Shown here: piece after piece, positions 52,053-59,920 of the stretch | Numbering within the stretch: the first letter of the stretch is position 1 | Layout: each line of letters begins with the position of its first letter | Sequence record: DRR723986_5550 | Length of the DNA: 59,920 nucleotides | Strand: one strand, 5' to 3' | Notes under the pieces: model-generated | What the model was told of the DNA's origin: nothing | The model's input: the letters and a program-made list of their open reading frames with translations, nothing else | Databases searched by the model: none | Program-made: the position numbers and the translations under genes

Positions 52053-52728
52053 ATTCTCGAATTACCAGACTTTCTCGTCGTTTCATCCAGTGGCGCAGCA
52101 AATTCACGCTCACTGGTTTTTGTTGTTCAAGGGAAAAGCGATCCAGCCCGTCCATCACCGCCATTAGCGAGCCCATGTCACGCTGGAAATAGCGAAGTGC
52201 ATACTCAATCACTTCTTCGCTCAACTGCAGGCCCCTCGACTTCGCCGTGGCTTGCAGTGCGGCATGTTTTTCCTGATTGCTCAGGGGGTGCACCCGCAAG
52301 CACAAGCCAGCTTCAATGCGTGTGCGCAAGTCATCACGCAGTTTCAGTTCGTTGGTGGGGTGCTCAGCCGCCAATACGATTTTACTGGGTTTGCTCTCGG
52401 CCATGCTTGAATTGAACGCATTGAACAATTGCACCTGGGAGTATGGGGTGAGGCGGTCAATGTCGTCGATCACCAAGGCCTGTTCGCCGGGCTTGAACAC
52501 AAAGCGATTGCCGCCGGCAAGCACATTCACTCCCAGTTGACTGGCCACGCCCCGCAGTAAATGACTTTTTCCGCAACCTGAAGGTCCGTACATGTATACA
52601 AACGGACTGGTTCCCTTCATTTGGATCAGTTCTCGCAGTTCATGCACAAGTTGCCCGTTCTGCCCAACCAGAAAGTTGGACAGTGTTGGCCTAGGCGGCG
52701 TGAACACATCGAGAAGCAACTGTTGCAT
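52033..52728 (-). CDS. hda: DnaA regulatory inactivator Hda
   Basis: Clamp-binding-like QLLL, GPSGCGKSHLL, DLRTR; divergent from purM. Confidence 0.93.
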   Translation of the reverse strand: MQQLLLDVFTPPRPTLSNFLVGQNGQLVHELRELIQMKGTSPFVYMYGPSGCGKSHLLRGVASQLGVNVLAGGNRFVFKPGEQALVIDDIDRLTPYSQVQLFNAFNSSMAESKPSKIVLAAEHPTNELKLRDDLRTRIEAGLCLRVHPLSNQEKHAALQATAKSRGLQLSEEVIEYALRYFQRDMGSLMAVMDGLDRFSLEQQKPVSVNLLRHWMKRRESLVIREYETRTV

Positions 52729-52884
52729 GGGCATTGCCAAAGCGGGGGTAATCGAGCAGCCCCCAATAATACCCTTGAATGACACTTTTTACGCCCTGTC
52801 TCGGTTAAAATACAACCACTCGCGCTTGTGGCCATAAACCTGAAGCAAGCAACCCAGCACCACAATTTTTCGGACCGAATTTCA

Positions 52885-53925
52885 ATGAATTCTCCCTTGA
52901 CCTACAAAGACGCCGGCGTTGATATGCAAGCCGGTGATGATCTGGTTGATGCAATCAAACCTATGGCAAAGCGCACCATGCGCCCAGGAGTGCTGGCTGG
53001 TATTGGCGGTTTTGGCGCCATGTTCGAAGTACCCAAGGGGTACAAGGAACCTGTGCTTGTCTCCGGTACGGATGGTGTGGGTACCAAGTTGCGTTTGGCC
53101 TTTGAGTGGAACATTCACAATACCGTGGGTATTGATTTGGTGGCCATGAGTGCCAATGATATTTTGGTGCAAGGCGCAGAGCCCCTTTATTTTCTTGATT
53201 ACTTTGCGTGCGGCAAACTTGACGTTAAAACAGCCGCAAGCGTAGTGGGTGGTATTGCTTATGGTTGTGAACAGGCGGGTTGTGCGCTCATTGGTGGTGA
53301 AACCGCCGAAATGCCAGGCATGTATCCCGACGGTGAATATGACTTGGCTGGTTTTGCGGTAGGCATTGTTGAAAAATCCGAAATTCTGGATGCCAGCAAG
53401 GTGAAGGCCGGCGATGTGATCTTGGGCCTCGCGTCCAATGGCATTCACTCCAATGGTTTTTCGCTGGTTCGAAAAATTCTGGAACGTGCCCAACCCGATT
53501 TAAACCAGCTTTGTGATGGCATGCCTTTGCGCGAGGCCATCATGGCACCAACCCGCATGTATGTGAAGCCTGTGCTTGAGTTGATCAAGAAGGTGCCGGT
53601 TCATGCGCTGGCTCACATCACTGGTGGTGGTTTAGTCGAAAACATTCCACGTGTGTTGCCCGACAATTTGGTGGCCGAGCTCGACCGTGGTACTTGGCCA
53701 GAAACAGAGCTGTTCAAGTGGTTGCAGCAAAACGGTCAAGTGCCGTTTGATGAAATGAACCGCGTCTTCAACTGCGGCATCGGCATGGTTGTGGTGCTGC
53801 CGGCAGAACAAGCCAAGGCTGCAATCGATTTGTTAAGCGCAGCGGGTGAAAAGGTGTATCAAGTGGGCGCGGTTCGCCCGCGTGTTGAGGGCGAAGCACA
53901 CACCATTGTTCGCCCAGCAAAATAA
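52885..53925 (+). CDS. purM: Phosphoribosylformylglycinamidine cyclo-ligase
   Basis: [28 protein letters not shown]. Confidence 0.98.
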   Translation: MNSPLTYKDAGVDMQAGDDLVDAIKPMAKRTMRPGVLAGIGGFGAMFEVPKGYKEPVLVSGTDGVGTKLRLAFEWNIHNTVGIDLVAMSANDILVQGAEPLYFLDYFACGKLDVKTAASVVGGIAYGCEQAGCALIGGETAEMPGMYPDGEYDLAGFAVGIVEKSEILDASKVKAGDVILGLASNGIHSNGFSLVRKILERAQPDLNQLCDGMPLREAIMAPTRMYVKPVLELIKKVPVHALAHITGGGLVENIPRVLPDNLVAELDRGTWPETELFKWLQQNGQVPFDEMNRVFNCGIGMVVVLPAEQAKAAIDLLSAAGEKVYQVGAVRPRVEGEAHTIVRPAK

Positions 53926-53936
53926 GTGTTCACTGA

Positions 53937-55022
53937 TTAATCAAGCCGGGATAAAGCCCAGTCGATGTGTTCCATCAGGAATGCATCGGCGCTTGAGCGC
54001 ATTTCGAGCAGTGCCTCACGCATTCCTATAACACCTACACTATTGCCGGCAGCCACGGCCAAATTTCGTCTAAACCGCCTGTAGCCAATACGGCGAATGG
54101 CGCTGCCCTCGGTTATTTTTAAAAACTCCTCCTCGGTCCAGCGCATCATGGCAAACCAGTCGGGTTTATCAAACTCGGCGCGCGGATTGAAGTCGGCGTA
54201 CTGCGCGGGTTTGGCGAATTTGTTCCACGGGCATGCCAGTTGGCAGTCGTCGCAACCATAAATTCGGGTACCCACGAGCGGGCGAAGTTCAAGGGGTATT
54301 TCGCTGTCGTGTTCAATGGTCAGGTAAGAAATGCACAACCGGGCATCCACCTGGTAGGGTTTTACAATTGCCCGGGTAGGGCAGGCTGTGATGCAGCTGG
54401 TACACGTACCACAGTGGTTTTTGCCAAATTCACCACTCAAAGGCAAAGGCATGTTCGTGAACACTTCACCTAAAAAAAACAGGGAGCCTTCCTCGGGGTG
54501 AATAAGTAAAGTGTGTTTGCCTCGCCAGCCCAAACCAGCCTTGCGTGCAATTTCGACTTCAGCGGTGGGAGCGCTGTCCACAGCGACACGAAACCCGAAT
54601 CCACCTACCTCGGAATTCACAGCAGCGGCGAACCGTTTCAGACGCTGCCGTATTACTTTGTGGTAATCACGTCCACGCGCATACAAACTCACATAGGGTT
54701 TGTTGCGGACTTCGATTTCCATCAGGGTTTTCTCGGTGAATGTCGTCGCATCAGGCTGGTTCAGCGTTGTTTCAGGCACGTAAGGCACACGCAGTGATAC
54801 GATTCGAATCGCACCGGGAAACAGGGTGTCTGCATTCAGGCGATTTAGTCCGTGGCGCTCCATGTAGGCCATTTCGCCATGCATGCCCTGGTTTAGCCAG
54901 GCTTGCAAATGTGGCTCACAGGCCTGCAAATGGGTGTCGCTGACACCCATGCAGCCCAAACCCTGTGCTTTGGCCACACGTTGCAACAATGCCCAGTTCT
55001 CTTGTTCTTGATGAGCCTGCAT
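53937..55022 (-). CDS. queG: Epoxyqueuosine reductase
   Basis: YARGRDYH, CGTCTSCITACPT, CISYLTIE, YGCDDCQLACPWN. Confidence 0.96.
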   Translation of the reverse strand: MQAHQEQENWALLQRVAKAQGLGCMGVSDTHLQACEPHLQAWLNQGMHGEMAYMERHGLNRLNADTLFPGAIRIVSLRVPYVPETTLNQPDATTFTEKTLMEIEVRNKPYVSLYARGRDYHKVIRQRLKRFAAAVNSEVGGFGFRVAVDSAPTAEVEIARKAGLGWRGKHTLLIHPEEGSLFFLGEVFTNMPLPLSGEFGKNHCGTCTSCITACPTRAIVKPYQVDARLCISYLTIEHDSEIPLELRPLVGTRIYGCDDCQLACPWNKFAKPAQYADFNPRAEFDKPDWFAMMRWTEEEFLKITEGSAIRRIGYRRFRRNLAVAAGNSVGVIGMREALLEMRSSADAFLMEHIDWALSRLD

Positions 55023-55506
55023 GAAAACTTATACCCGCTATTTACCCGACGACGCCGCAACCCACAGTGTAGGGGAAAAGCTAGCCAAACTTGCGCAAGC
55101 GCCGCTTCGCATCTACCTGTCAGGTCCCTTGGGTGCGGGCAAAACAGCATTGGTGCGGGCGTTTTTGCGGGCCTTGGGAGTGCAGGGTGCAGTTAAAAGT
55201 CCCAGCTATGCGTTGGTAGAACCTTACAGTTTCTCGAATTATTCTGTGTATCACTTTGATTTTTATCGATTCTTCGATCAAAATGAATGGGAGGAGTCCG
55301 GATTTCGTGATTACTTCGAGGAAAATGCCATTTGTTTGGTCGAATGGCCTAAGAAGGCTGGTGGCCTGCTTCCTCGAGCGGATCTCGAAATTCAGCTCAG
55401 TTATCACCAGCAGCCAGGTCAGGAAACCACTGGGCGAAGCATTGAGGTGAAAGCCCTGTCGGTATATGGGCAGCACTTGGTTGAACAACTGAACGAACAA
55501 CAATAG
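55021..55506 (+). CDS. tsaE: tRNA t6A biosynthesis ATPase
   Basis: GPLGAGKT, KSPSY, HFDFYR, VEWP. Confidence 0.96.
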   Translation: MKTYTRYLPDDAATHSVGEKLAKLAQAPLRIYLSGPLGAGKTALVRAFLRALGVQGAVKSPSYALVEPYSFSNYSVYHFDFYRFFDQNEWEESGFRDYFEENAICLVEWPKKAGGLLPRADLEIQLSYHQQPGQETTGRSIEVKALSVYGQHLVEQLNEQQ

Positions 55507-55509
55507 CCT

Positions 55510-56856
55510 ATGAATTCGCGTCGCGATTTGTTGAAAACCGTTGGAGCAGGAATGCTTCTGAAACTGATGCCTGTGGGCGCTTTTGCTGCTGACCAGGTTA
55601 AGTTTGTCGATGTACGCCTGTGGCCCGCTGATGAATACACCCGGGTAACGTTAGAGCACGCGGGCGCAATCAAGTACAAACACTTCCTGATTGAGAATCC
55701 GTGGCGAATGGTGATCGATTTGCTTGACATGCGACTCGACAACACGCTGAAAGACCTCACCAGTCGCCTGCATCCCGAAGACCCTTATGTGCAACAAATT
55801 CGGGTCGGACAATACGATGCGAACACTGTGCGACTGGTGTTCGATCTGAAGGCGGAAGTCAAACCAGAAATTTTCACGATTGATCCAATCGCCGAGTATC
55901 AAAATCGGTTTGTCGTGGATTTTTACCCCAAGAATCCGGCAGATCCATTGCTGGCTTTGCTGAAAAAGTCGGATGACCCGGCGATGCGAGAGGATGAAAT
56001 TTCTCGTGCGCTGCGCTTGGCGGAATCGGAGACCAGTGGCACTTTAAAGCTGGAAGGTGTCACTCCTGAAAAAGGCGGGAGTAAAACCGAAGTTGCCAAG
56101 GCACAGCCCAATGCACCTGTTGAGAAGAAGCCGTCTCCAGAACTGAGACGAATGATCACGGTTGCGATCGATCCAGGGCATGGCGGTGAAGACCCTGGCG
56201 CAGTTGGCAAAGGGGGCACTTACGAAAAAAATGTGGTGTTGGCCATCAGCAAAAAACTGAAGGCAGAAATTGACAAAATGCCGGGCATGCGGGCCATGTT
56301 GACTCGCAACGGTGACTTTTTTGTACCTTTGAATACACGTGTGCAAAAGGCCCGCAGCGTCAATGCTGACTTGTTTGTTTCTGTGCATGCAGATGCCTTT
56401 ATTCGTCCCACTGCGGGCGGATCGTCGGTGTATGTTCTATCCGAACGAGGCGCTACAAGCACTGCTGCGAAGTGGATAGCCAACAAGGAGAATGCCTCGG
56501 ATTTGATCGGTGGGGTCAATATCAAAGGCACTGATTCGCAATTGGCTCGCGTTCTGCTCGATTTGTCGACCACCGCTCAAATCAATGACAGCTTGAAGTT
56601 GGGCGATGCCGTTCTCGGCAATTTGGGCAAGGTGAATCGATTGCACAAGCCGCGTGTGGAACAGGCGGGGTTTGCCGTACTGAAGGCGCCTGATATTCCA
56701 TCTATCCTGATTGAAACGGCCTTCATCAGCAATCCGGATGAAGAGAAAAAACTGGCCAACCCGGCCCATCAACAGGAATTGGCTGAAGCGATCGCCAAGG
56801 GTATTGCAAATTACTTCGCCAAGAACCCTCCTGTCGCCCGCACTCCCCTGACCTAA
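55510..56856 (+). CDS. amiC: N-acetylmuramoyl-L-alanine amidase with AMIN domain (Tat signal)
   Basis: SRRDLLK Tat motif; IDPGHGGEDPGA, SVHAD, ETAFISN. Confidence 0.93.
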   Translation: MNSRRDLLKTVGAGMLLKLMPVGAFAADQVKFVDVRLWPADEYTRVTLEHAGAIKYKHFLIENPWRMVIDLLDMRLDNTLKDLTSRLHPEDPYVQQIRVGQYDANTVRLVFDLKAEVKPEIFTIDPIAEYQNRFVVDFYPKNPADPLLALLKKSDDPAMREDEISRALRLAESETSGTLKLEGVTPEKGGSKTEVAKAQPNAPVEKKPSPELRRMITVAIDPGHGGEDPGAVGKGGTYEKNVVLAISKKLKAEIDKMPGMRAMLTRNGDFFVPLNTRVQKARSVNADLFVSVHADAFIRPTAGGSSVYVLSERGATSTAAKWIANKENASDLIGGVNIKGTDSQLARVLLDLSTTAQINDSLKLGDAVLGNLGKVNRLHKPRVEQAGFAVLKAPDIPSILIETAFISNPDEEKKLANPAHQQELAEAIAKGIANYFAKNPPVARTPLT

Positions 56857-56886
56857 ACCGGGCGCGCTGCCACTTATAATGAGTGG

Positions 56887-58752
56887 ATGAACCACCGCCC
56901 GATATCCCTGTTGCCCGATGTATTGATCAGCCAAATTGCCGCAGGCGAAGTGGTTGATCGTCCAGCGTCAGTTGTTAAAGAACTGCTTGAGAATGCTTTG
57001 GATGCGGGTGCGTCGGAGATCACCATTCGCATTGATGGTGGCGGTATTCAACGAATTTGCATTCAGGACAACGGCAAAGGCATACCTAAAGACGAACTCG
57101 AGTTGGCGGTCACACGTCATGCCACTTCAAAAATTCAATCGCTAAGTGAGCTTGAAAGTGTGATGAGCCTCGGTTTTCGAGGAGAGGCTTTGGCCTCAAT
57201 TGCTTCAGTAAGTCAGTTTACGCTGAGCAGTTATCCGAAAGGTCAGGAATGCGCATACAGCATCAGTAACCAAAGTGGGCGCTGGCTTGTCGAGCCCTCA
57301 TCGGCAAGCCCTGGTACCACGGTCGATGTGCAATCGCTTTACTTCAGTACACCCGCACGCCGCAAGTTCCTGAAAACAGAGCAAACTGAATTTTTTCAGT
57401 GTCTGGACGTCGTTAAACGCATGGCTTTGGCCAACCCCTCGGTCACCTGGCTGGTGTATCGGGATGGCAAATTACAAAGCCGTTTTCAGGAAAGCAGCTG
57501 GAGTGCTCGGGTCTTCAGCATTCTCGAAACCATGGCCAATGGTGCCTCCAAGCCAATTGACGTCCAAGCTGCCGATATGCAATTGCATGGTGCGGTTGGC
57601 CTGCCTGACGCAGCCCGTGGAAAAGGCGATATGCAGTTTTTCTACGTCAATGGCCGCTTTGTGAAAGACAAACTGATTGGGCATGCGGTCCGGTCAGCCT
57701 ATGAAGATGTACTTCATGGCGACAAATTTCCCGCCTTTGTGCTTTTTTTGAATTTACCCGCCAATGAGGTGGATGTGAATGTGCACCCCGCGAAAACCGA
57801 GGTGCGATTCCGAAACGCGCGGGCAGTGCATCAATGGGTGCGTCAATCGATTCAGGCCTGTCTTGCTCCTTCCAGGGCTGTCGCTCCTCTCAGTGATTCG
57901 TCCGCAAGTGTGGAGGTCGGGGCACCGTCTGTCGTCACACCCTCCGTGTCGGGCAACGGCAATGTGTGGAGAGCGTCCAGCGCTTCCCCGCCAGTGATTC
58001 AGGTTCAGGCAAAAAGTGCAGCGCTTCCTTTCCTGCGGGAGGAGCTTGCCGATTATATTCAAGCCTATCGCCCGATTGAATCCGCGCCGCGCCCCACTGC
58101 AATTACGCCGCGACCCTTGGTGCAAGAAAGCCAGCAAAGCCAGGCAGCCGATCATGAAGAATTGTCTGAGTATTTGGGACAGGCGATTGCGCAGGTACAC
58201 GGTATTTACATTCTCGCTTTGCGTCCCGATGGCATGGTGGTGGTCGATATGCATGCAGCCCACGAGCGTGTTCTCTATGAGCAGTTCAAGAATGCGCTGG
58301 ACAATCAGCAAACCATCTCTTCCCAAGAGTTACTTGTGCCTCTGTTGGTACAAATTGATCCTCGCCTGGCCAGTGAAGTCGACAATGGTCAGCACCTTTG
58401 GGAAAAACTGGGTTTTCGCTTGAGTCTCATTTCAACTCAGGAAATCGCGGTGCGCGCCGTGCCCACCATGTTGGCGGGTCAGGATTTGTCTGCATTGCTG
58501 CAACAGTGGCTTGAAGACTTGCACCAGTACGGCGTGGCGCATGTGCTTGAACGCCAGCGCAATGAATGGCTGGCTGGCTTGGCCTGCCACACCGCAGTCC
58601 GTGCAAACAGAAAGCTCACCGTACCTGAAATGAATGCGCTGTTGCGTTCCATGGAGCGCACCGAGCGGTCGGATCAATGCAACCATGGCAGGCCTACATG
58701 GCGTCATTTCAGTTTGTCTGAAATGGACAAGTGGTTTTTGCGCGGCCAATAG
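56887..58752 (+). CDS. mutL: DNA mismatch repair endonuclease MutL
   Basis: IAAGEV, GFRGEAL, DMHAAHER endonuclease motif, CNHGRP. Confidence 0.97.
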   Translation: MNHRPISLLPDVLISQIAAGEVVDRPASVVKELLENALDAGASEITIRIDGGGIQRICIQDNGKGIPKDELELAVTRHATSKIQSLSELESVMSLGFRGEALASIASVSQFTLSSYPKGQECAYSISNQSGRWLVEPSSASPGTTVDVQSLYFSTPARRKFLKTEQTEFFQCLDVVKRMALANPSVTWLVYRDGKLQSRFQESSWSARVFSILETMANGASKPIDVQAADMQLHGAVGLPDAARGKGDMQFFYVNGRFVKDKLIGHAVRSAYEDVLHGDKFPAFVLFLNLPANEVDVNVHPAKTEVRFRNARAVHQWVRQSIQACLAPSRAVAPLSDSSASVEVGAPSVVTPSVSGNGNVWRASSASPPVIQVQAKSAALPFLREELADYIQAYRPIESAPRPTAITPRPLVQESQQSQAADHEELSEYLGQAIAQVHGIYILALRPDGMVVVDMHAAHERVLYEQFKNALDNQQTISSQELLVPLLVQIDPRLASEVDNGQHLWEKLGFRLSLISTQEIAVRAVPTMLAGQDLSALLQQWLEDLHQYGVAHVLERQRNEWLAGLACHTAVRANRKLTVPEMNALLRSMERTERSDQCNHGRPTWRHFSLSEMDKWFLRGQ

Positions 58753-58764
58753 AGCAAAGGGGGC

Positions 58765-59721
58765 GTGAATCACGTGAGCATTGGCACTATTCCCGCCCTG
58801 GCTGTACTTGGGCCCACGGCATCGGGCAAGTCTGCCTTGGGCTTATGGATGGCCGATCAGGGGTTCCCGATAGAAATTATCAGCCTCGACTCGGCACTGG
58901 TGTTTCGGGACATGAACATCGGAACCGCCAAGCCCACCCCTCAAGAACTGGCTTTGGTGCCGCACCACTTAATCGATATCATCATACCAAGCGACACTTT
59001 CAGCGCCGCTGAGTTTGTCGTTCAATGCCATGCACTGATTGCGGATATCCGTGCGCGAGGCAAAGTGCCTGTTATTTTGGGCGGCACCATGATGTATTAC
59101 AAAACGCTGATCAGTGGCATGGACGACCTTCCTGCCGCCAATCCTGAAATTCGCCAGGCCATTGAACAACATGCCTTGGAGCAGGGCTGGCCCGCCATTC
59201 ACGCTCGCCTCGCCGAGGTAGACCCCCTTACAGCCCAGCGCTTAAAGCCCAATGACTCCCAGCGTTTGCAGCGCGCGCTGGAGGTTTTTCAAATTACCGG
59301 CCAGCCACTTTCAAGCTTTCATCAGCGGGATCAACAGGCCGATTTGCAAATTCCCACCCTGGCCATCGAACTGTCTGACCGGTCTGTCTTGCATAAGCGC
59401 ATTGAGTCTCGTTTTCTGAACATGCTGGAGCAGGGCCTCGTAGAAGAGGTCATCGAGCTTCGTCACAATTACGTGTTGGATGACAGCATGCCCTCGATGC
59501 GTTGTGTGGGGTACAGGCAAGTCTGGGAGCATTTGCACGGCCATCGCACACGGCAGGAAATGATAGACCGAGGTGTCGCTGCTACACGCCAATTGGCCAA
59601 GCGGCAAATAACGTGGCTGCGTTCAACCTCCAACAAAGAAGTAGTTGACCCGTTGCAGTCAAATTGGCTTCAATCCGTGAAACCCTGGATACAAAATCAG
59701 ATCGAGGCTTTGTTGCCTTGA
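58765..59721 (+). CDS. miaA: tRNA dimethylallyltransferase
   Basis: GPTASGKS, IGTAKP, GGTMMY, RQLAKRQITW. Confidence 0.97.
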   Translation: MNHVSIGTIPALAVLGPTASGKSALGLWMADQGFPIEIISLDSALVFRDMNIGTAKPTPQELALVPHHLIDIIIPSDTFSAAEFVVQCHALIADIRARGKVPVILGGTMMYYKTLISGMDDLPAANPEIRQAIEQHALEQGWPAIHARLAEVDPLTAQRLKPNDSQRLQRALEVFQITGQPLSSFHQRDQQADLQIPTLAIELSDRSVLHKRIESRFLNMLEQGLVEEVIELRHNYVLDDSMPSMRCVGYRQVWEHLHGHRTRQEMIDRGVAATRQLAKRQITWLRSTSNKEVVDPLQSNWLQSVKPWIQNQIEALLP

Positions 59722-59746
59722 CGGCTCGTCGCAGCTGTTTCTTGCC

Positions 59747-59920
59747 AACCTGGCATGGGTTGCCTGTGTTGCACTGGACTGGTTTATTGGGAACTGAGCT
59801 TGAAGGGTCGCCGTTCGTTGTGGTTATTTGCTCAACTCGGCATGGGTTAGTTGTGTCGGACTGGACTGGTTTGTTGAGAGCTGAGCTTGCAGGGTCACCG
59901 CTGCCCGAAAACTTGGCATT
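59747..59920. repeat. Degenerate ~67-nt direct repeat (two copies, 87-nt period; possible third copy cut by the window edge)
   Basis: GGCATGGGTT...ACTGGACTGGTTT...CTGAGCTTG.AGGGTC.CCG at 59752-59813 and 59839-59900; AACTTGGCAT again at 59910. Confidence 0.85.

Noticed and set aside
59747-59920. CRISPR array
   Set aside because: Units are ~67 nt and degenerate, linkers are short and unequal, and there are no cas genes in the window

Overview
Bacterial chromosomal window. Gene order and content point to a betaproteobacterium of the Burkholderiales; a Limnobacter-like organism is plausible but is inference only. Most of it is housekeeping: anmK, tRNA-Met(CAT), tol-pal, ruvCAB, dusB-fis-purH, glyQS-gmhB-plsC, tkt-gap-pgk-pyk-fba, purCEK, sua5, panBCD, folK-pcnB-hda, purM, queG and tsaE-amiC-mutL-miaA. 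No integrase, transposase, rRNA or CRISPR array was seen. Four accessory-looking parts stand out. (1) 1.1-11 kb: an atypical sensor kinase/NarL-type regulator pair; a fabR-like/HAD-UbiA phosphoribosyltransferase/GT-C glycosyltransferase operon; and, converging on it, a secreted GlxA/galactose-oxidase-type copper radical oxidase coupled to an unknown, internally duplicated secreted protein whose predicted mature N-terminus is His-x-x-His. (2) A WS/DGAT gene between ruvB and ybgC, followed by a densely structured 310-nt intergenic region (candidate ncRNA or miniature element). (3) A GlyGly-CTERM S8 protease and rhombosortase cassette between gap and pgk; its upstream region shares a 7-2-7 motif with the region upstream of the response regulator. 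(4) Degenerate direct repeats after miaA at the window edge. All calls come from reading motifs by eye; no database search was run.
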